From Patescibacteria group bacterium (GTDB taxonomy: Bacteria > Patescibacteriota > Minisyncoccia > UBA6257 > HR35): a DNA stretch of 48,655 nt. Position numbers and translations under genes: made by a program. Shown here in pieces: positions 8,123-19,800 of this stretch (position 1 is the first letter of the stretch; every line of letters starts with the position of its first letter). The DNA is taken from NCBI GenBank assembly GCA_040290225.1, contig PSMS01000001.1:1-48655 (forward strand). The letters run 5' to 3'. The notes beneath the pieces were generated by a model. That model was not told the DNA's origin and searched no databases. It was given only the letters and a program-made list of their open reading frames with translations.

Positions 8123-10972
8123 TTAACCTTTTATGACTCCTATTGGAACCAATTTAACTATTTTTTTAGCAATACCAATTTGATGAACAACTTCGACAAC
8201 TTCACTAACATCTTTATAAGCAACTGGAGCTTCTTCCGCTAATCCTGACATTGAACCCGCAGCCACCGAAATTCCTCTTGCCTCTAATTCTTTTTTCAAT
8301 TCACTTCCTTTTATTTTCTTTTTAGCTTCTGTTCTTGACATCATTCTTCCAGCACCATGGGGCGAAGAACCAAAACTAATTTCCATAGCTTTTTCTTGTC
8401 CAATTAAAACATAACTTGAAGTTCCCATTGATCCAGGAATTAATGTTGGTTGACCAATTTCTTTATATCTTGAAACTAATTCAGGATGATTTTTAGGAAA
8501 ACTTCTTGTTGCTCCTTTTCGATGAACTAATAATTTTTTCTTATCATATTCTTCAATTTTAACAATATTATGAGCAACATCATAAATTTGTCTCAATTCA
8601 ATATCTCTGCCAAAAACTTTTTTAAAAGCTTTTCTAATTTCATAAACAATAAGTTGTCTATTGGCAAAAGCAAAATTAGCTGCAGCTTTCATTGCCTCAA
8701 AATAATCTTGACCTTCAGGAGAATTAAAATCAAAATAAGCCAATTCCCGATCAACCAAATCAACACCTTTTCTGTCTAAATATCTTAAGGCTTCTCGAAT
8801 ATAATCAGTTGCCACCTGATGACCTAAACCACGAGAACCACAATGAATTAAAACACAAACTTTACCTTTTTCTAAATCCAATTTTTTAGCAATTTCTTCA
8901 TCAAAAATTTCTTGAACTCTTTGAATTTCAACAAAATGATTACCAGCACCAATTGTTCCTAATTGATCTCTTCCTCTATCTTTGGCATTTTTTGAAACTT
9001 TATCTGGATTAGCTCCTTCTAATTTTCCATTTGATTCAGTTGCTTCAATATCTTCTTTTGTTGCGTAACCAATCTCAAAAAGCCACTTTGCTCCTTCGCT
9101 TAAAACTTTATTCATTTCATCATTATTCAATTTCCAAAATCCTCCTTCACCTACTCCTGAAGGAACTTGTTTATAAATTTCTTCTGTTAATTTAGGAATT
9201 TTATCTTTAATCTCATCATAAAAGAATGGAGAAACTAATAATCGAACACCACAATTAGAAACAACAAAATTATCAGCAATAAAATTATGATCTTTGTCAT
9301 TTAAGCTTAAATCATAAACATAACCTTGATAATTTTCTTTTTCAATTTTTTCTATTTCATCAATAATAAAGCCTTCATTACCAAAAGAATATTTTTTTAC
9401 AAACTCATCAAATTTCAAAGAATTTTTCATAATTTTGGACTGAGCATAAATTTCCCATATCGATTTTTCACTCAATTCAGGCTGGTAATTTTTCAATAGA
9501 ACTTTTGCTAGAGCATTTTGGCTATAAAAAATTTTCGATTTCAATCTTAGGTTTTCTATTTCTTTCTTTTTATATTTAAGATAAGCCAAGGCCAAATTAG
9601 CCAATTTTCTTTTTTCTTGATGATACTCAAAATTAATTAAATTTAAAAATCTCTCTAAATTATTTAAATTCAGCTTTATTTGAAAGTTCAAACTTATTGT
9701 TTTATCTTCATCTTCAGAATTTTTAAAAATTTTTATTTTTGAAACTTCTATTTCAAATTCTTTTAATAAACTTTTTATTTCTTGAAAAAATTTTATTGCC
9801 TCTTTTAATTTTGTTTTATCAATCTTGAGTCTTAAAGTTACTAAACCGCTTTTGTTTTTATTATGAATTCTAATCGAGTTTAATTTTGCACCAAAAAATG
9901 AAGCTAAAAATAGTCTTTTTTGCCATAAAGGAGAGAATTTTAAAAATTTAAGTAAAGAAATTGATTTTTGATTTTTATTTTCTAAAGGATAACCAAGTAC
10001 AACTAAAAGAATTAAAAAAGGAAAACAAAAAACTCTTAAATAATTATTTTTAAGAATACTTTTAATTCCAATTTTTTCTAAATCTTCTTTTATTAACTTC
10101 AAATTTTCTTTTTCTCCCCAAATTGTTAAATTCGATATTTTTTTATTTTTATTTAAAACAATATTACCGTTGGCAAGAGTATAACCAAAAATTTTAATAA
10201 GATAAGAAAATTCTTCTGAATCAATATATAATGGCAAAAGATGTATTTTTTTTAAAAATTCAATTAGGTGAAAAATTGTATTTTCTTTATCATTCAATCC
10301 CAATTGTTTTACTTTTTCGATAAATTCCTTTTCATCGATTATTTTTATATGTTTTGGTTTTTCATATTTTATCCCTTGAAATGGATAAATAACAACTTTT
10401 TCTCCAATCAAAAGATTTTTTGCCTCTTTCATACCATTAATCGTTAAAACCGGATGATCTTCTGTCAGTTTTAGGGTATAGCCAAGTTTGGTGGTAATTT
10501 TCAACAAATAATTATTTTCTTTTCTTTTTAAAAACAACATAATTTTTGAAATTTTTAATTTTTTTCTCTTTAAAGAAATTGAAATAACTTTTTTATTTTC
10601 CAAAATATCTTTAATTTCAATATAAGTTCCGAATGGTAAACTAATTTTACTTTCTGGCGGAAGACAATTAATATCGTAACCGACAGCACCAGGAGAAATT
10701 ATCCCATCTTTAATATCAATCGCCATAATTCCGCCAACTAACGCACCATATCCTTCATGGGCATCAGGCATTGCTAAGGCATATTTATAAACTCCAGGCA
10801 GGGTTGTCATATTAACCAATTGCCACAAACTTCTGTCTTTGAACAATTCATCCAACATCTTTTCAGAAGCAAAAATACGAGCAGGAACTCTCATATCTTC
10901 TCGAAAACTTTTGGGAATTTCCCAAATATAATCTGAAATTTTTATTAAATCTTCTTTTTTAGGTATTTTCAT
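8123..10972 (-). CDS. rtcB: RNA-splicing ligase RtcB interrupted by an in-frame intein (precursor 949 aa; spliced product 478 aa)
   Basis: Exteins: AMPDAHEGYG...GAVGYDIN | CGVRLL...GAGNHFVE...HCGSRGLGHQ...PGSMGTSSY...SPHGAGR. The intervening 471 aa are unrelated to RtcB and carry intein blocks. Confidence 0.92.
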   Translation of the reverse strand: MKIPKKEDLIKISDYIWEIPKSFREDMRVPARIFASEKMLDELFKDRSLWQLVNMTTLPGVYKYALAMPDAHEGYGALVGGIMAIDIKDGIISPGAVGYDINCLPPESKISLPFGTYIEIKDILENKKVISISLKRKKLKISKIMLFLKRKENNYLLKITTKLGYTLKLTEDHPVLTINGMKEAKNLLIGEKVVIYPFQGIKYEKPKHIKIIDEKEFIEKVKQLGLNDKENTIFHLIEFLKKIHLLPLYIDSEEFSYLIKIFGYTLANGNIVLNKNKKISNLTIWGEKENLKLIKEDLEKIGIKSILKNNYLRVFCFPFLILLVVLGYPLENKNQKSISLLKFLKFSPLWQKRLFLASFFGAKLNSIRIHNKNKSGLVTLRLKIDKTKLKEAIKFFQEIKSLLKEFEIEVSKIKIFKNSEDEDKTISLNFQIKLNLNNLERFLNLINFEYHQEKRKLANLALAYLKYKKKEIENLRLKSKIFYSQNALAKVLLKNYQPELSEKSIWEIYAQSKIMKNSLKFDEFVKKYSFGNEGFIIDEIEKIEKENYQGYVYDLSLNDKDHNFIADNFVVSNCGVRLLVSPFFYDEIKDKIPKLTEEIYKQVPSGVGEGGFWKLNNDEMNKVLSEGAKWLFEIGYATKEDIEATESNGKLEGANPDKVSKNAKDRGRDQLGTIGAGNHFVEIQRVQEIFDEEIAKKLDLEKGKVCVLIHCGSRGLGHQVATDYIREALRYLDRKGVDLVDRELAYFDFNSPEGQDYFEAMKAAANFAFANRQLIVYEIRKAFKKVFGRDIELRQIYDVAHNIVKIEEYDKKKLLVHRKGATRSFPKNHPELVSRYKEIGQPTLIPGSMGTSSYVLIGQEKAMEISFGSSPHGAGRMMSRTEAKKKIKGSELKKELEARGISVAAGSMSGLAEEAPVAYKDVSEVVEVVHQIGIAKKIVKLVPIGVIKG
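9254..10666 (-). mobile_element. Intein (471 aa) with a degenerate LAGLIDADG-type homing-endonuclease domain, inserted in the RtcB DIN/CGVR active-site motif
   Basis: Starts with Cys (CLPPESKISL; TGT at 10666-10664). Block B is LKLTEDHPVLT. LAGLIDADG-like segments are LIKIFGYTLANGNI and LFLASFFGAKLNS. Blocks F/G are YVYDLSLNDKDHNFIADNFVVSN, followed by the +1 Cys (TGT at 9253-9251). Confidence 0.88.
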
Positions 10973-10988
10973 TCTAAATAATATTATA

Positions 10989-11639
10989 CTATTTTTGGAG
11001 TTCTTCTTGAATGCTTTTTTCTAAATCTTCAAATCTTTTAATCTCTATTAATTTTCCATTAACAAAAAAACTTGGAGTTCCTCTAAGCCCTAAGGCTAAA
11101 GATTCGTTTCTTTGTTCTAAAATTTTTTTAGTTGTTGTTTCAGAATTAAAATCTTCTTCAAATTTTTTAATATCTAAATCAAGTTCTTTAGCGTAACTAA
11201 TAAACCTTTCTTTGGGATTTTTGTCGTTTTTCCAATCATCTTGTCTTTCAAAAAGCATATCATGCATTTGCCAAAATTTATTTTGATTACCAGCAGCTTC
11301 AGCTGCTTTAGCTGCTAAAATGGCGTTAGAATGAATTTCAATTAAAGGAAAATGTCTATAAACAAATAAAATTTCATCATTATATTTTTTCTTTAAATCT
11401 TTAATAATTGGGAAAAATGCTCGACAAGCAGGACATTGAAAATCGCTGTATTCAATAACAATTACTTTAGCCTTTGTTTTATCTCCTAAAAACCAATCAT
11501 TTTCTCTTAAGCTAGTAGTTATTTCTTTTTTAGAAGAAAAACGAAAACTATTTAAAAAACCTGTGAAAATAAGAGAAAAAACGACTATCCCAACAATAAC
11601 AAAAAGCAAAATGGTGTTTTGATTTTTCTTTTTTGACAT
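10989..11639 (-). CDS. Membrane-anchored DsbA-like thiol:disulfide oxidoreductase (thioredoxin fold)
   Basis: N-terminal TM (ILLFVIVGIVVFSLIFTGF), CPAC active site (DFQCPACRAF) and GTPSFFVNG. Confidence 0.8.
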   Translation of the reverse strand: MSKKKNQNTILLFVIVGIVVFSLIFTGFLNSFRFSSKKEITTSLRENDWFLGDKTKAKVIVIEYSDFQCPACRAFFPIIKDLKKKYNDEILFVYRHFPLIEIHSNAILAAKAAEAAGNQNKFWQMHDMLFERQDDWKNDKNPKERFISYAKELDLDIKKFEEDFNSETTTKKILEQRNESLALGLRGTPSFFVNGKLIEIKRFEDLEKSIQEELQK

Positions 11640-11705
11640 TTTTTTATTATAAACTAAAATTAAGAAAAAAACAGTTTTGAAAAATTCTTTCTTAAAATAA
11701 AAATT

Positions 11706-12956
11706 ATGGATAGGGTTTTATGGAAAATAATTGAAAAAGAAATAAAAAGACAAGAAGAAACAGTTGAACTGATACCTTCAGAAAATTTTGTTGATTTAGA
11801 AACCTTATTTATTGTAGGTTCTCCTTTAATGAATAAATACGCTGAGGGTTATCCAGGAAAAAGATATTATCCAGGAAATAAATTTATTGATGAAATAGAA
11901 ATTTTAGCCCAGGAAAGAGCCTTAAAAGCTTTTAAACTAAACAAAGAAGAATGGAGTGTGAATGTTCAACCTTATTCTGGTTCGCCAGCAAATTTGGCAG
12001 TTTATTTAAGTTTAATTAATCCTGGAGAAACAATTATGGGATTAAATTTGTTTCACGGAGGTCATTTAACTCATGGACATAAAGTAAGTTATACAGGGAA
12101 ATTATTTAATTCAATTCAATATGGTATCAATCCTGAAAAAGAAGAAATTGATTATGAAGAACTTGAAAGATTAGCCGAAAAACATAAACCAAGAATAATA
12201 ATTTCAGGAACAACTGCTTATCCAAAAAAAATTGACTTTGAAAGAATTTATCAAATTGCTAAAAAAATTAATGCTTATCATGTTGCTGATATTGCTCATA
12301 TTGCTGGTTTAGTTATTGCTAATTTACATCCTTCACCTTTCCCTTTTGCTGATGTAATAACAATGACAACTCACAAAACTCTTAAAGGACCAAGAGGAGC
12401 TGTTATTTTTATGAAAAAAGAATTAGAAGAAAAAATAAACAAATCTGTTTTTCCAGGACTTCAGGGTGGACCCCATATGCAGACAATTGCTGGTATTGCT
12501 TATGCTTTTGGTCAAGCTTTAAAAAAAGATTTTATTAATTATCAAAAACAAATTATCAAAAATTCACAAAAATTAGCTGAAGAACTTAAAAAAAGAGGTT
12601 TTAAACTTTATACTAATGGAACAGGCAATCATTTAATGATGATTGATCTTAGACCATTAAATTTAGATGGAAAAACTGCAGAATCTTTATTGGAAAAAGC
12701 AAACATAATCGCTAATAGAAACTCATTACCTCAAGATACTTCTCCTTTTAATCCTTCAGGAATAAGATTAGGAACACCAGCTGTTACTAGTAGAAAAATG
12801 AAAGAAAAAGAAATGGTTATTATAGCAAGTTGGCTTGAAAGAATTTTAATAAAAAAAGAAAAACCAGAAAAAATTAAAAAAGAAGTTATTAATTTAACAA
12901 AAAGATTTCCTTTGCCCTATATTAAGTGGCTAAAAAAAATAAAAAATTTAATCTAA
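11706..12956 (+). CDS. glyA: Serine hydroxymethyltransferase
   Basis: [30 protein letters not shown] (PLP lysine) and a 416-aa length. Confidence 0.94.
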   Translation: MDRVLWKIIEKEIKRQEETVELIPSENFVDLETLFIVGSPLMNKYAEGYPGKRYYPGNKFIDEIEILAQERALKAFKLNKEEWSVNVQPYSGSPANLAVYLSLINPGETIMGLNLFHGGHLTHGHKVSYTGKLFNSIQYGINPEKEEIDYEELERLAEKHKPRIIISGTTAYPKKIDFERIYQIAKKINAYHVADIAHIAGLVIANLHPSPFPFADVITMTTHKTLKGPRGAVIFMKKELEEKINKSVFPGLQGGPHMQTIAGIAYAFGQALKKDFINYQKQIIKNSQKLAEELKKRGFKLYTNGTGNHLMMIDLRPLNLDGKTAESLLEKANIIANRNSLPQDTSPFNPSGIRLGTPAVTSRKMKEKEMVIIASWLERILIKKEKPEKIKKEVINLTKRFPLPYIKWLKKIKNLI

Positions 12957-13229
12957 GGGAATTACATGAACTATTTTTTTCCAGATTTTTTTACCAGTAA
13001 AAGCAGTTTTTCTGAATGTTTTAAATTTTACCCTTCCAGCTTTAAGAGCATATAAAGTGTCATCACTTCCCCGAGCTACATTTTTACCAGGCAAAAATTT
13101 AGTACCTCTTTGACGAACAATAACTTCACCTGGCAAAACAATTTGACCATCAAAAACTTTAACTCCTAAATATTTTGGATTTGAATCTCTACCTGTTTTA
13201 ACTGAACCGCCTGCTTTTTTCTGAGCCAT
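12948..13229 (-). CDS. rpmA: 50S ribosomal protein L27
   Basis: [24 protein letters not shown]...IVRQRGTKF. Mature-type N-terminus with no propeptide. Confidence 0.94.
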   Translation of the reverse strand: MAQKKAGGSVKTGRDSNPKYLGVKVFDGQIVLPGEVIVRQRGTKFLPGKNVARGSDDTLYALKAGRVKFKTFRKTAFTGKKIWKKIVHVIPLD

Positions 13230-13243
13230 ATTTTAATTATAAA

Positions 13244-16200
13244 CTAAATTAAACCTTGACTATAAAGTTTTCTAAATTCTTCCCCGATTATAGGTTTTCT
13301 TCCAATAATTATATTTTCTTTAATCCCTCTTAAATAATCTTCTCGGCACTCTAAAGATGCTCTTACTAAAGCTCTAGCAGATTCTTGAAAAGAAGTAACT
13401 GAAAGAAAACTATAAGCTGATCGGGCAATATCTTTTATACCTCTTAATAAAAGAATTCCTTTTGCTGGTTTTAATCCTTGTTTTTTTAATTCTCGATTTT
13501 TCTCCAAAAACATATCTTTTTCAACTATTTCACCAATAATAAAATCACTATCACCAGGATCTTTTACTTTTACTATTGAAAACATTTTTCGAACAACAAC
13601 TTCTACATATTTTTCGTGAACATCCGCTGACTGATCAGTATAAATTTTCATTACTTCACTGACAATATGTTTAAAAGTGTTCATTACACCTCGAGTTCTA
13701 TATAGCGCTTGTGGATAAATAACACCGTTATTTAAAGGATCTCCTCTTTCAATAATTTGTCCTTGTTTAACAATTAATTTAGATGTTTTGGGAATTTTAA
13801 GTTTTATTTCTTTTTTCTTTTCATCAACAATAGTTATAAGATAATATTTAGGTAATTCTTCAATCTTAGAAATTTTTCCATTAACAGGACTTAAAATAGC
13901 TTCTTCTTTTGGTTTGATAAGTTCAAAAATTTCTTCGAGCTTAGGTAAATGCCGAGTAATATCTTTTGCGGCAACAACACCACCAGTATGAAACGATCTT
14001 AAAGTAAATTGAGTTAATCTTTCTCCTAATGATTGGGCAGTAATTATTCCGATAGCCTCACCTAATTTAATTGGTTGATGAGTGCTTAAATCCAATCCAT
14101 AACATCTTTGACAAACTCCAAATAAAGTTTTACAAGTAAATGGAGATCTTACTTTAACTTCAGTAATTGATTGATCTTTATCTATTAACTGAGCTAATTT
14201 ATAAGTAATAAAATCACCTTTTTTAACTAAAATATTTCCTTTTGAATCAATAATATCTTCTAAAGCTACTCTTGAAAAAATTGTGTCCGAAAACTTAATT
14301 TCTCGATCTTTAACTTCTTCTCTTTTAATAACAATTCCTTCACTAGTTCCACAATCAATTTCTCTAATAATTACATCATGTAAAGCATCAACAAGTCTTC
14401 GGTGAAGATATCCTGATTTGGGTGTTTTAATAGCTTTATCAGCAACACCCTTTCGGGCACCATGAGTAGAACTAAAGTATTCTAAAGGAGTTAATCCCTC
14501 TTTATAAGAATGAGTAATTACTAAATCTATAGGTTCATTATTTGGTTTTCGAACAACCCCCTTGAAAACCATCATTTGCATTAACTGAGAATAACCACCT
14601 CGAGCTCCGGCATCAACCATCATTCGGGTATTATTAGAAAAAGGAATTTCTTTTTTAATAGCCTCTTCAGCTTTTTGAGAAGCTTTAGTCCAGATTTCTG
14701 TTATTTTTAATATCTTTTCAGTTTTATTTAAAAATCCTTCATTATAAGCATTTAAAACAGCATTATGTTCTTGAAGAGCTTCTTGAAGTATTTTCTCTTT
14801 AGCTTGAGGCGTTACTAAATCACTTATGCTTAAAGTAATTCCTGATTGACTTACATATTTTGATCCTAATTCTTTTAATTCATCCAAGATTAAAGATAAT
14901 CTTTCTAAACCATATTTTTCTAAAATTTCCAACAAAATATCACCTAAAGATTTTTTTTGAATTGGATAATTAACATAAGGAAAGTCAATAGGTAATATTT
15001 GGTTAAAAATAATTCTTCCAACAGTTGTTTCAATATCTTTTTCATTTTTTACATATTTAACTTTTATTTTTGTATGAAGATCTATTAATTTATTTTCATA
15101 AGCCAAAATAGCATCATTTTCATCATAAAATTTTCTCTTTTCTTCTTTACTTTCTTCTAATTCTAAAGTTAAATAATATAAACCTAAAATAAAATCTTTG
15201 TCGGGCCGAGCTTCTATTGTTCCAGTACCAGGTCTTAAAACATTATAAAAAGCATTCATAATTTCTCTCGCTTCTCTTTGAGCTTCTTCTGATAAAGGCA
15301 AATAAACAGCCATTGTATCTCCATCAAAATCAGCATTGTAACCTGCACAAACTAATGGTGGTATTCTAATTGCTAAACCCTCAACTAAAATTGGTTTAAA
15401 AGCTAAAAGACCAAGTTTGTGAAGAGTTGGTTGTCTATTAAGTAAAATATATTTATTTTTAATCACTCTTTCTAGGGCTGCTAAGGCTTCAGGGTCCATT
15501 ATTTCAATAAGTTCTTTTGCTTTTTTAGTTGTTTGAGCTAAGCCTTCTTTTAAAAGTTCATGAATAATAAATGGTTTGAAAATTTCTAAAGCCATTTTTT
15601 TAGGCAAACCACATTCGTTAATCCTTAATTTTGGATCAACAACAATTACTGATCTTCCAGAATAATCAACTCTTTTACCTAAAAGATTTTGTCTAAATCT
15701 TCCTTCTTTTCCTTTAAGAAAATCAGCTAATGATTTTAGAACTTTTCTTTGCCCGACGATTATTTTTTCATGTCTAAGACTAATATCAATCAAAGCATCA
15801 ACTGATTCTTGAAGCATTCTTTTTTCATTTCTCAAAATAATCTCAGGAGCCTTCATTTCAATTAACTTTTTAAGTCGATTATTTCTATTAATAATTCTTC
15901 GATAAAGTTCGTTTAAATCAGAAGAAGCTAATTTCCCTCCTTGAAGTTGAACAATTGGTCTTATGTCTGGTGGAACAACTGGTAAAACTGTAAGAATCAT
16001 CCATTCAGGTCTTCGGTTGTATTTTAAAAATGCTTCAATAAATTTAAGTTTCAAATAAAGCTTTTTTCTTTGAATAGAGTCTGCTTTTTTAATTTGGTTA
16101 AGGGTTTCTTTTTTTAATTTTTCTAAATCTATTTCTTCTAAAAATTTTCTAATTGGTTCAGCTCCCATATCAACCTCAAAAACACCAGGAAACTTTCTAG

Positions 16201-16810
16201 AATATTTAAAGAATTCATTATCAGAAAGAACTTTTTTAACCTTTAAAGATTCTAATTCTTCTTTAATTTCTTTAAATGTTTGCGTTTTTTTTCTTTTTTC
16301 TTCTCTTGATTCTGCCTGAGAAATGAATTCCTTATATTCTTTTTCTATTTCTTTTAATATTTCTTGCTTCTTTTTTTCATCAACATAAGTAACAATATAA
16401 GCAGAGTAATAAATAACTCTTTCTAAATCTCTTTGAGGAATATTTAAAAAAAGAGAAATAGGGTAAGGATAAACTTTAAGAAACCAAATATGAGCCACAG
16501 GAGTCATTAAAGTAATATGACCCATTCTTTCTTTTCTAACTGAAGAACTAGTAACCTCAACTCCGCATCTTTCGCAAACAATTCCTCGAACTTGGGGTCT
16601 TTTATATTTACCGCAAGAACATTCGTAATCTTTCATTGGACCAAAAATTACTTCAGAAAACAATCCATAACGATCAGCTTTTCCTGTTCGATAATTAATA
16701 GTTTCAGGTTTTAAAACCTCTCCGTAACTCCAAGAAAGAATTTCTTCCGGAGAAGATAATTTTAAAACTATCTTTTCTATTTCAGAAAGCTGTTTTTTAA
16801 TTAGACTCAT
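13244..16810 (-). CDS. rpoC: DNA-directed RNA polymerase subunit beta'
   Basis: Zn-binding CSCGKY...CERCGVEV, catalytic NADFDGD, and trigger loop/bridge helix regions. 1188 aa. The ATG overlaps the rpoB stop region by 14 nt. Confidence 0.96.
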   Translation of the reverse strand: MSLIKKQLSEIEKIVLKLSSPEEILSWSYGEVLKPETINYRTGKADRYGLFSEVIFGPMKDYECSCGKYKRPQVRGIVCERCGVEVTSSSVRKERMGHITLMTPVAHIWFLKVYPYPISLFLNIPQRDLERVIYYSAYIVTYVDEKKKQEILKEIEKEYKEFISQAESREEKRKKTQTFKEIKEELESLKVKKVLSDNEFFKYSRKFPGVFEVDMGAEPIRKFLEEIDLEKLKKETLNQIKKADSIQRKKLYLKLKFIEAFLKYNRRPEWMILTVLPVVPPDIRPIVQLQGGKLASSDLNELYRRIINRNNRLKKLIEMKAPEIILRNEKRMLQESVDALIDISLRHEKIIVGQRKVLKSLADFLKGKEGRFRQNLLGKRVDYSGRSVIVVDPKLRINECGLPKKMALEIFKPFIIHELLKEGLAQTTKKAKELIEIMDPEALAALERVIKNKYILLNRQPTLHKLGLLAFKPILVEGLAIRIPPLVCAGYNADFDGDTMAVYLPLSEEAQREAREIMNAFYNVLRPGTGTIEARPDKDFILGLYYLTLELEESKEEKRKFYDENDAILAYENKLIDLHTKIKVKYVKNEKDIETTVGRIIFNQILPIDFPYVNYPIQKKSLGDILLEILEKYGLERLSLILDELKELGSKYVSQSGITLSISDLVTPQAKEKILQEALQEHNAVLNAYNEGFLNKTEKILKITEIWTKASQKAEEAIKKEIPFSNNTRMMVDAGARGGYSQLMQMMVFKGVVRKPNNEPIDLVITHSYKEGLTPLEYFSSTHGARKGVADKAIKTPKSGYLHRRLVDALHDVIIREIDCGTSEGIVIKREEVKDREIKFSDTIFSRVALEDIIDSKGNILVKKGDFITYKLAQLIDKDQSITEVKVRSPFTCKTLFGVCQRCYGLDLSTHQPIKLGEAIGIITAQSLGERLTQFTLRSFHTGGVVAAKDITRHLPKLEEIFELIKPKEEAILSPVNGKISKIEELPKYYLITIVDEKKKEIKLKIPKTSKLIVKQGQIIERGDPLNNGVIYPQALYRTRGVMNTFKHIVSEVMKIYTDQSADVHEKYVEVVVRKMFSIVKVKDPGDSDFIIGEIVEKDMFLEKNRELKKQGLKPAKGILLLRGIKDIARSAYSFLSVTSFQESARALVRASLECREDYLRGIKENIIIGRKPIIGEEFRKLYSQGLI

Positions 16811-19800
16811 TTTGAGCTTCTTCAGGTTTTAAAGGAACCTCGACCAATTTTTCTTCTAAAGTAGGAGGTTTTTCTTCTTTCTTTTCTTTATAATGAATCT
16901 CTACATTTAGACCTAATCCTTTTAATTCATTGATTAAAACTAAAAAGGCATTAGGAAAGGAAATATAATTAACCTCACCACCTTTAACAATATTTTCGTA
17001 GGCAATCATTCTTCCTTTAATATCATCTGATTTGATTGTTAAAACTTCCTGAATATTTTCAGTGGCTCCATGGGCTTCCAAGGCCCACATTTCCATTTCT
17101 CCTATTCTTTGACCACCAAATCTTGCTCTTCCTCCAAGTGGTTGCTGAGTAATAAGAGAATAAGGACCAACTGATCGAGCATGGAATTTATCTTCAACCA
17201 TATGAACTAATTTTATTATTGTCATATAACCTACTAAAACTTTTTCTTTAAATGGTTCTCCAGTTAAACCATCACATAAAATTGTTTTTCCATCTTCTGG
17301 TAAACCTGCTTTTTTAAGTTCTTCAGCTATTTCTTCAGGAGTTGGCCCAGAAAATGGTGGAACAATAGCATGATAACCTAAATTATTGGCGGCTGTTCCT
17401 AAAAGAAGTTCTAAAATTTGTCCAACATTCATTCGGGAAATAATTCCAAGTGGATTTAAAATAATATCCAATCTTCTTCCATCTGGTAAAAATGGCATAT
17501 CTTCTTCTTTTAAGATCAAGGAAATAACTCCTTTATTACCATGTCTATTAGCTAATTTATCTCCTACTTGAATTTTTCTTAATTTAGCAATTCTTACAAA
17601 AATTCTTTTAATAACTCCAATTTCAGAAATCTCTCCTTTACTTCTTTCTAAAATTTTTACACCTATCACTCTTCCCTCTTTTCCTGGTTCAAGGTTTAAG
17701 GAAGTATCTTTAAATTCTTCAACTTTTTCTCCAAAAATAGTTTTAAGTAATTTTTCTTCAGGTGTTAATTCTTCTGCCTTTTTAGGAGTAATTTTACCAA
17801 CCAAAATATCACCAGCCTTAACATAAGTTCCAATTCTAACAATTCCATCTATATCTAAATTAGCTAATTTTTCTTCTCTAACTCCTGGAATATCATTTGT
17901 TGTAGTTTCTGGACCTAATTTAGTATCAACAACATCAACCATAAAATCTTCAATATAAATCGAGGTGAAGATATCATCTTTTAATAATCTTTCAGAAATA
18001 ATAATAGCATCTTCAAAGTTATAACCATACCAAGGAAGAAAACCAACTAAAAGATTTTGACCTAAGGCTAAATAACCATCTTTTATAGCGGGGCCATCTG
18101 TAAGAACATCGCCCTTTTTAACTTTTTGTCCCAATTTAACTCTTGGTTTTTCATTATAACAAGTATATTTTGATGTCATATCAAATTTTCTTAACTTATA
18201 AATGACTCTTTTTTTATCTTCTGTCTCTATTGTTATATGATCCGCATCAACCTCAACAACTCTTCCATTAACTTCGCTGACAGTAATTCTTCCGGATTCT
18301 TTAGCAACCTTTGCTTCTAATCCTGTCATAACTAAAGGAATATCAGGTTTAATTAAAGGAACTGCTTGTTTTTGCATATTACTTCCCATCTGAAGTCTAT
18401 TAGCATCATCGTGATTACCAAATGGTATTAAAGAAGTAGAAAGAGAAAATATTTGAAATGGGCTAACTTCAATTAAAGTAATATCTTCAGCTTTGGCTAT
18501 TCCTGGTTCTCCTTTAATTCTGGCATCAACATAATCGTCTAAAATTTCTCCTTTTTCATTTATCCTAACTGTTTTAGTAGCAATAACTTCTTTCAATTCT
18601 TGATCATAAGTCAACCAAACAATTTCATCGGTTATTTTACGATTTTTAACTTTAAAGTAAGGAGTGATTAAAAATCCATATTCATTTAATTTAGCATACA
18701 AAGATTTATGAAGAGTTAAGCCAATACTTTGTCCTTCATGAGGAGTATGGATTGGACAAATTCTACCATAATGAGATGGATGAACATCTCTGACTTCTAA
18801 ACCCGCTCTTTCTTTGCTAACACCACCTGGCCCACTAGTTGTAATTCTTCTTTTAATTTCTATTTCTGAAAGGGGTGATGTTTGATCAACTAATTGAGAA
18901 AGTCTTGAAATATTAAAAAACTCAAGAATAGTATTAATAAATTTTCTTGAATAAACAATTTGTGAGGGTAAAAGTTGTTCATTTTTATCAACAGCTGTCA
19001 TTCTATCTTGAATATCCCTTTTAAGTCTTGATAAAGCTATTCTTAATTGATCTTCTAAAAGTTCATGGACATTTCTTATTCTTCGATTAAATAAAGAATC
19101 CATATCATCAGCGGTTGTTAAAGGATCTGATTGAAGTCTTAAAATTTCTTGAACAATAGCAATTAAATCTTCTTTTTCCAAAACTAAAGAATTCGAATCT
19201 CTATTTAATCTTCTATTTAAATGATATCTTCCAACAGGTGATAAATTATATCTTGAAGGATTTAAGAAGGTATTTTCGAAATAAAAAACAGCATTATCAT
19301 AATTATTAGGTTCAGTTGGCTTCATTTTTCTATGAATTTCCAACAAAGCTTCTTCTCTGTTTTCAGTAGAATCTTTTTTAAGGGTAAGAGTAATTATTGG
19401 ATTTTCTGGTGTCTCTAAATCTTTAAAAGTATTATAAATTTCTTCGTTGTTTTCAAAACCAAAAGCTTTTAATAATACAGTAACTGGAAATTTTTTTCTT
19501 CGATCAATTCTTACTTGAAGAACATTTAATAATTCAACCTGAAATTCTAACCAAGCTCCTTGTTTAGGTATTAACTTTGCTCCGAATTTTTTCTTATCAC
19601 CATAAAGAAGATAACTGAAATATATTCCTGGAGATCTTAAAAGTTGATTAACAATTACTCTTTCATTTCCATTAATAATAAAAGATCCCCTTTCAGTCAT
19701 TATCGGAATATCACCAAAATAAATTTTTTGTATCTTTTCTTCTTTAGTAACTAAATTAATGAGCTTCAAATTTACTTTTAAAGGGGCGCTATAATTGACC

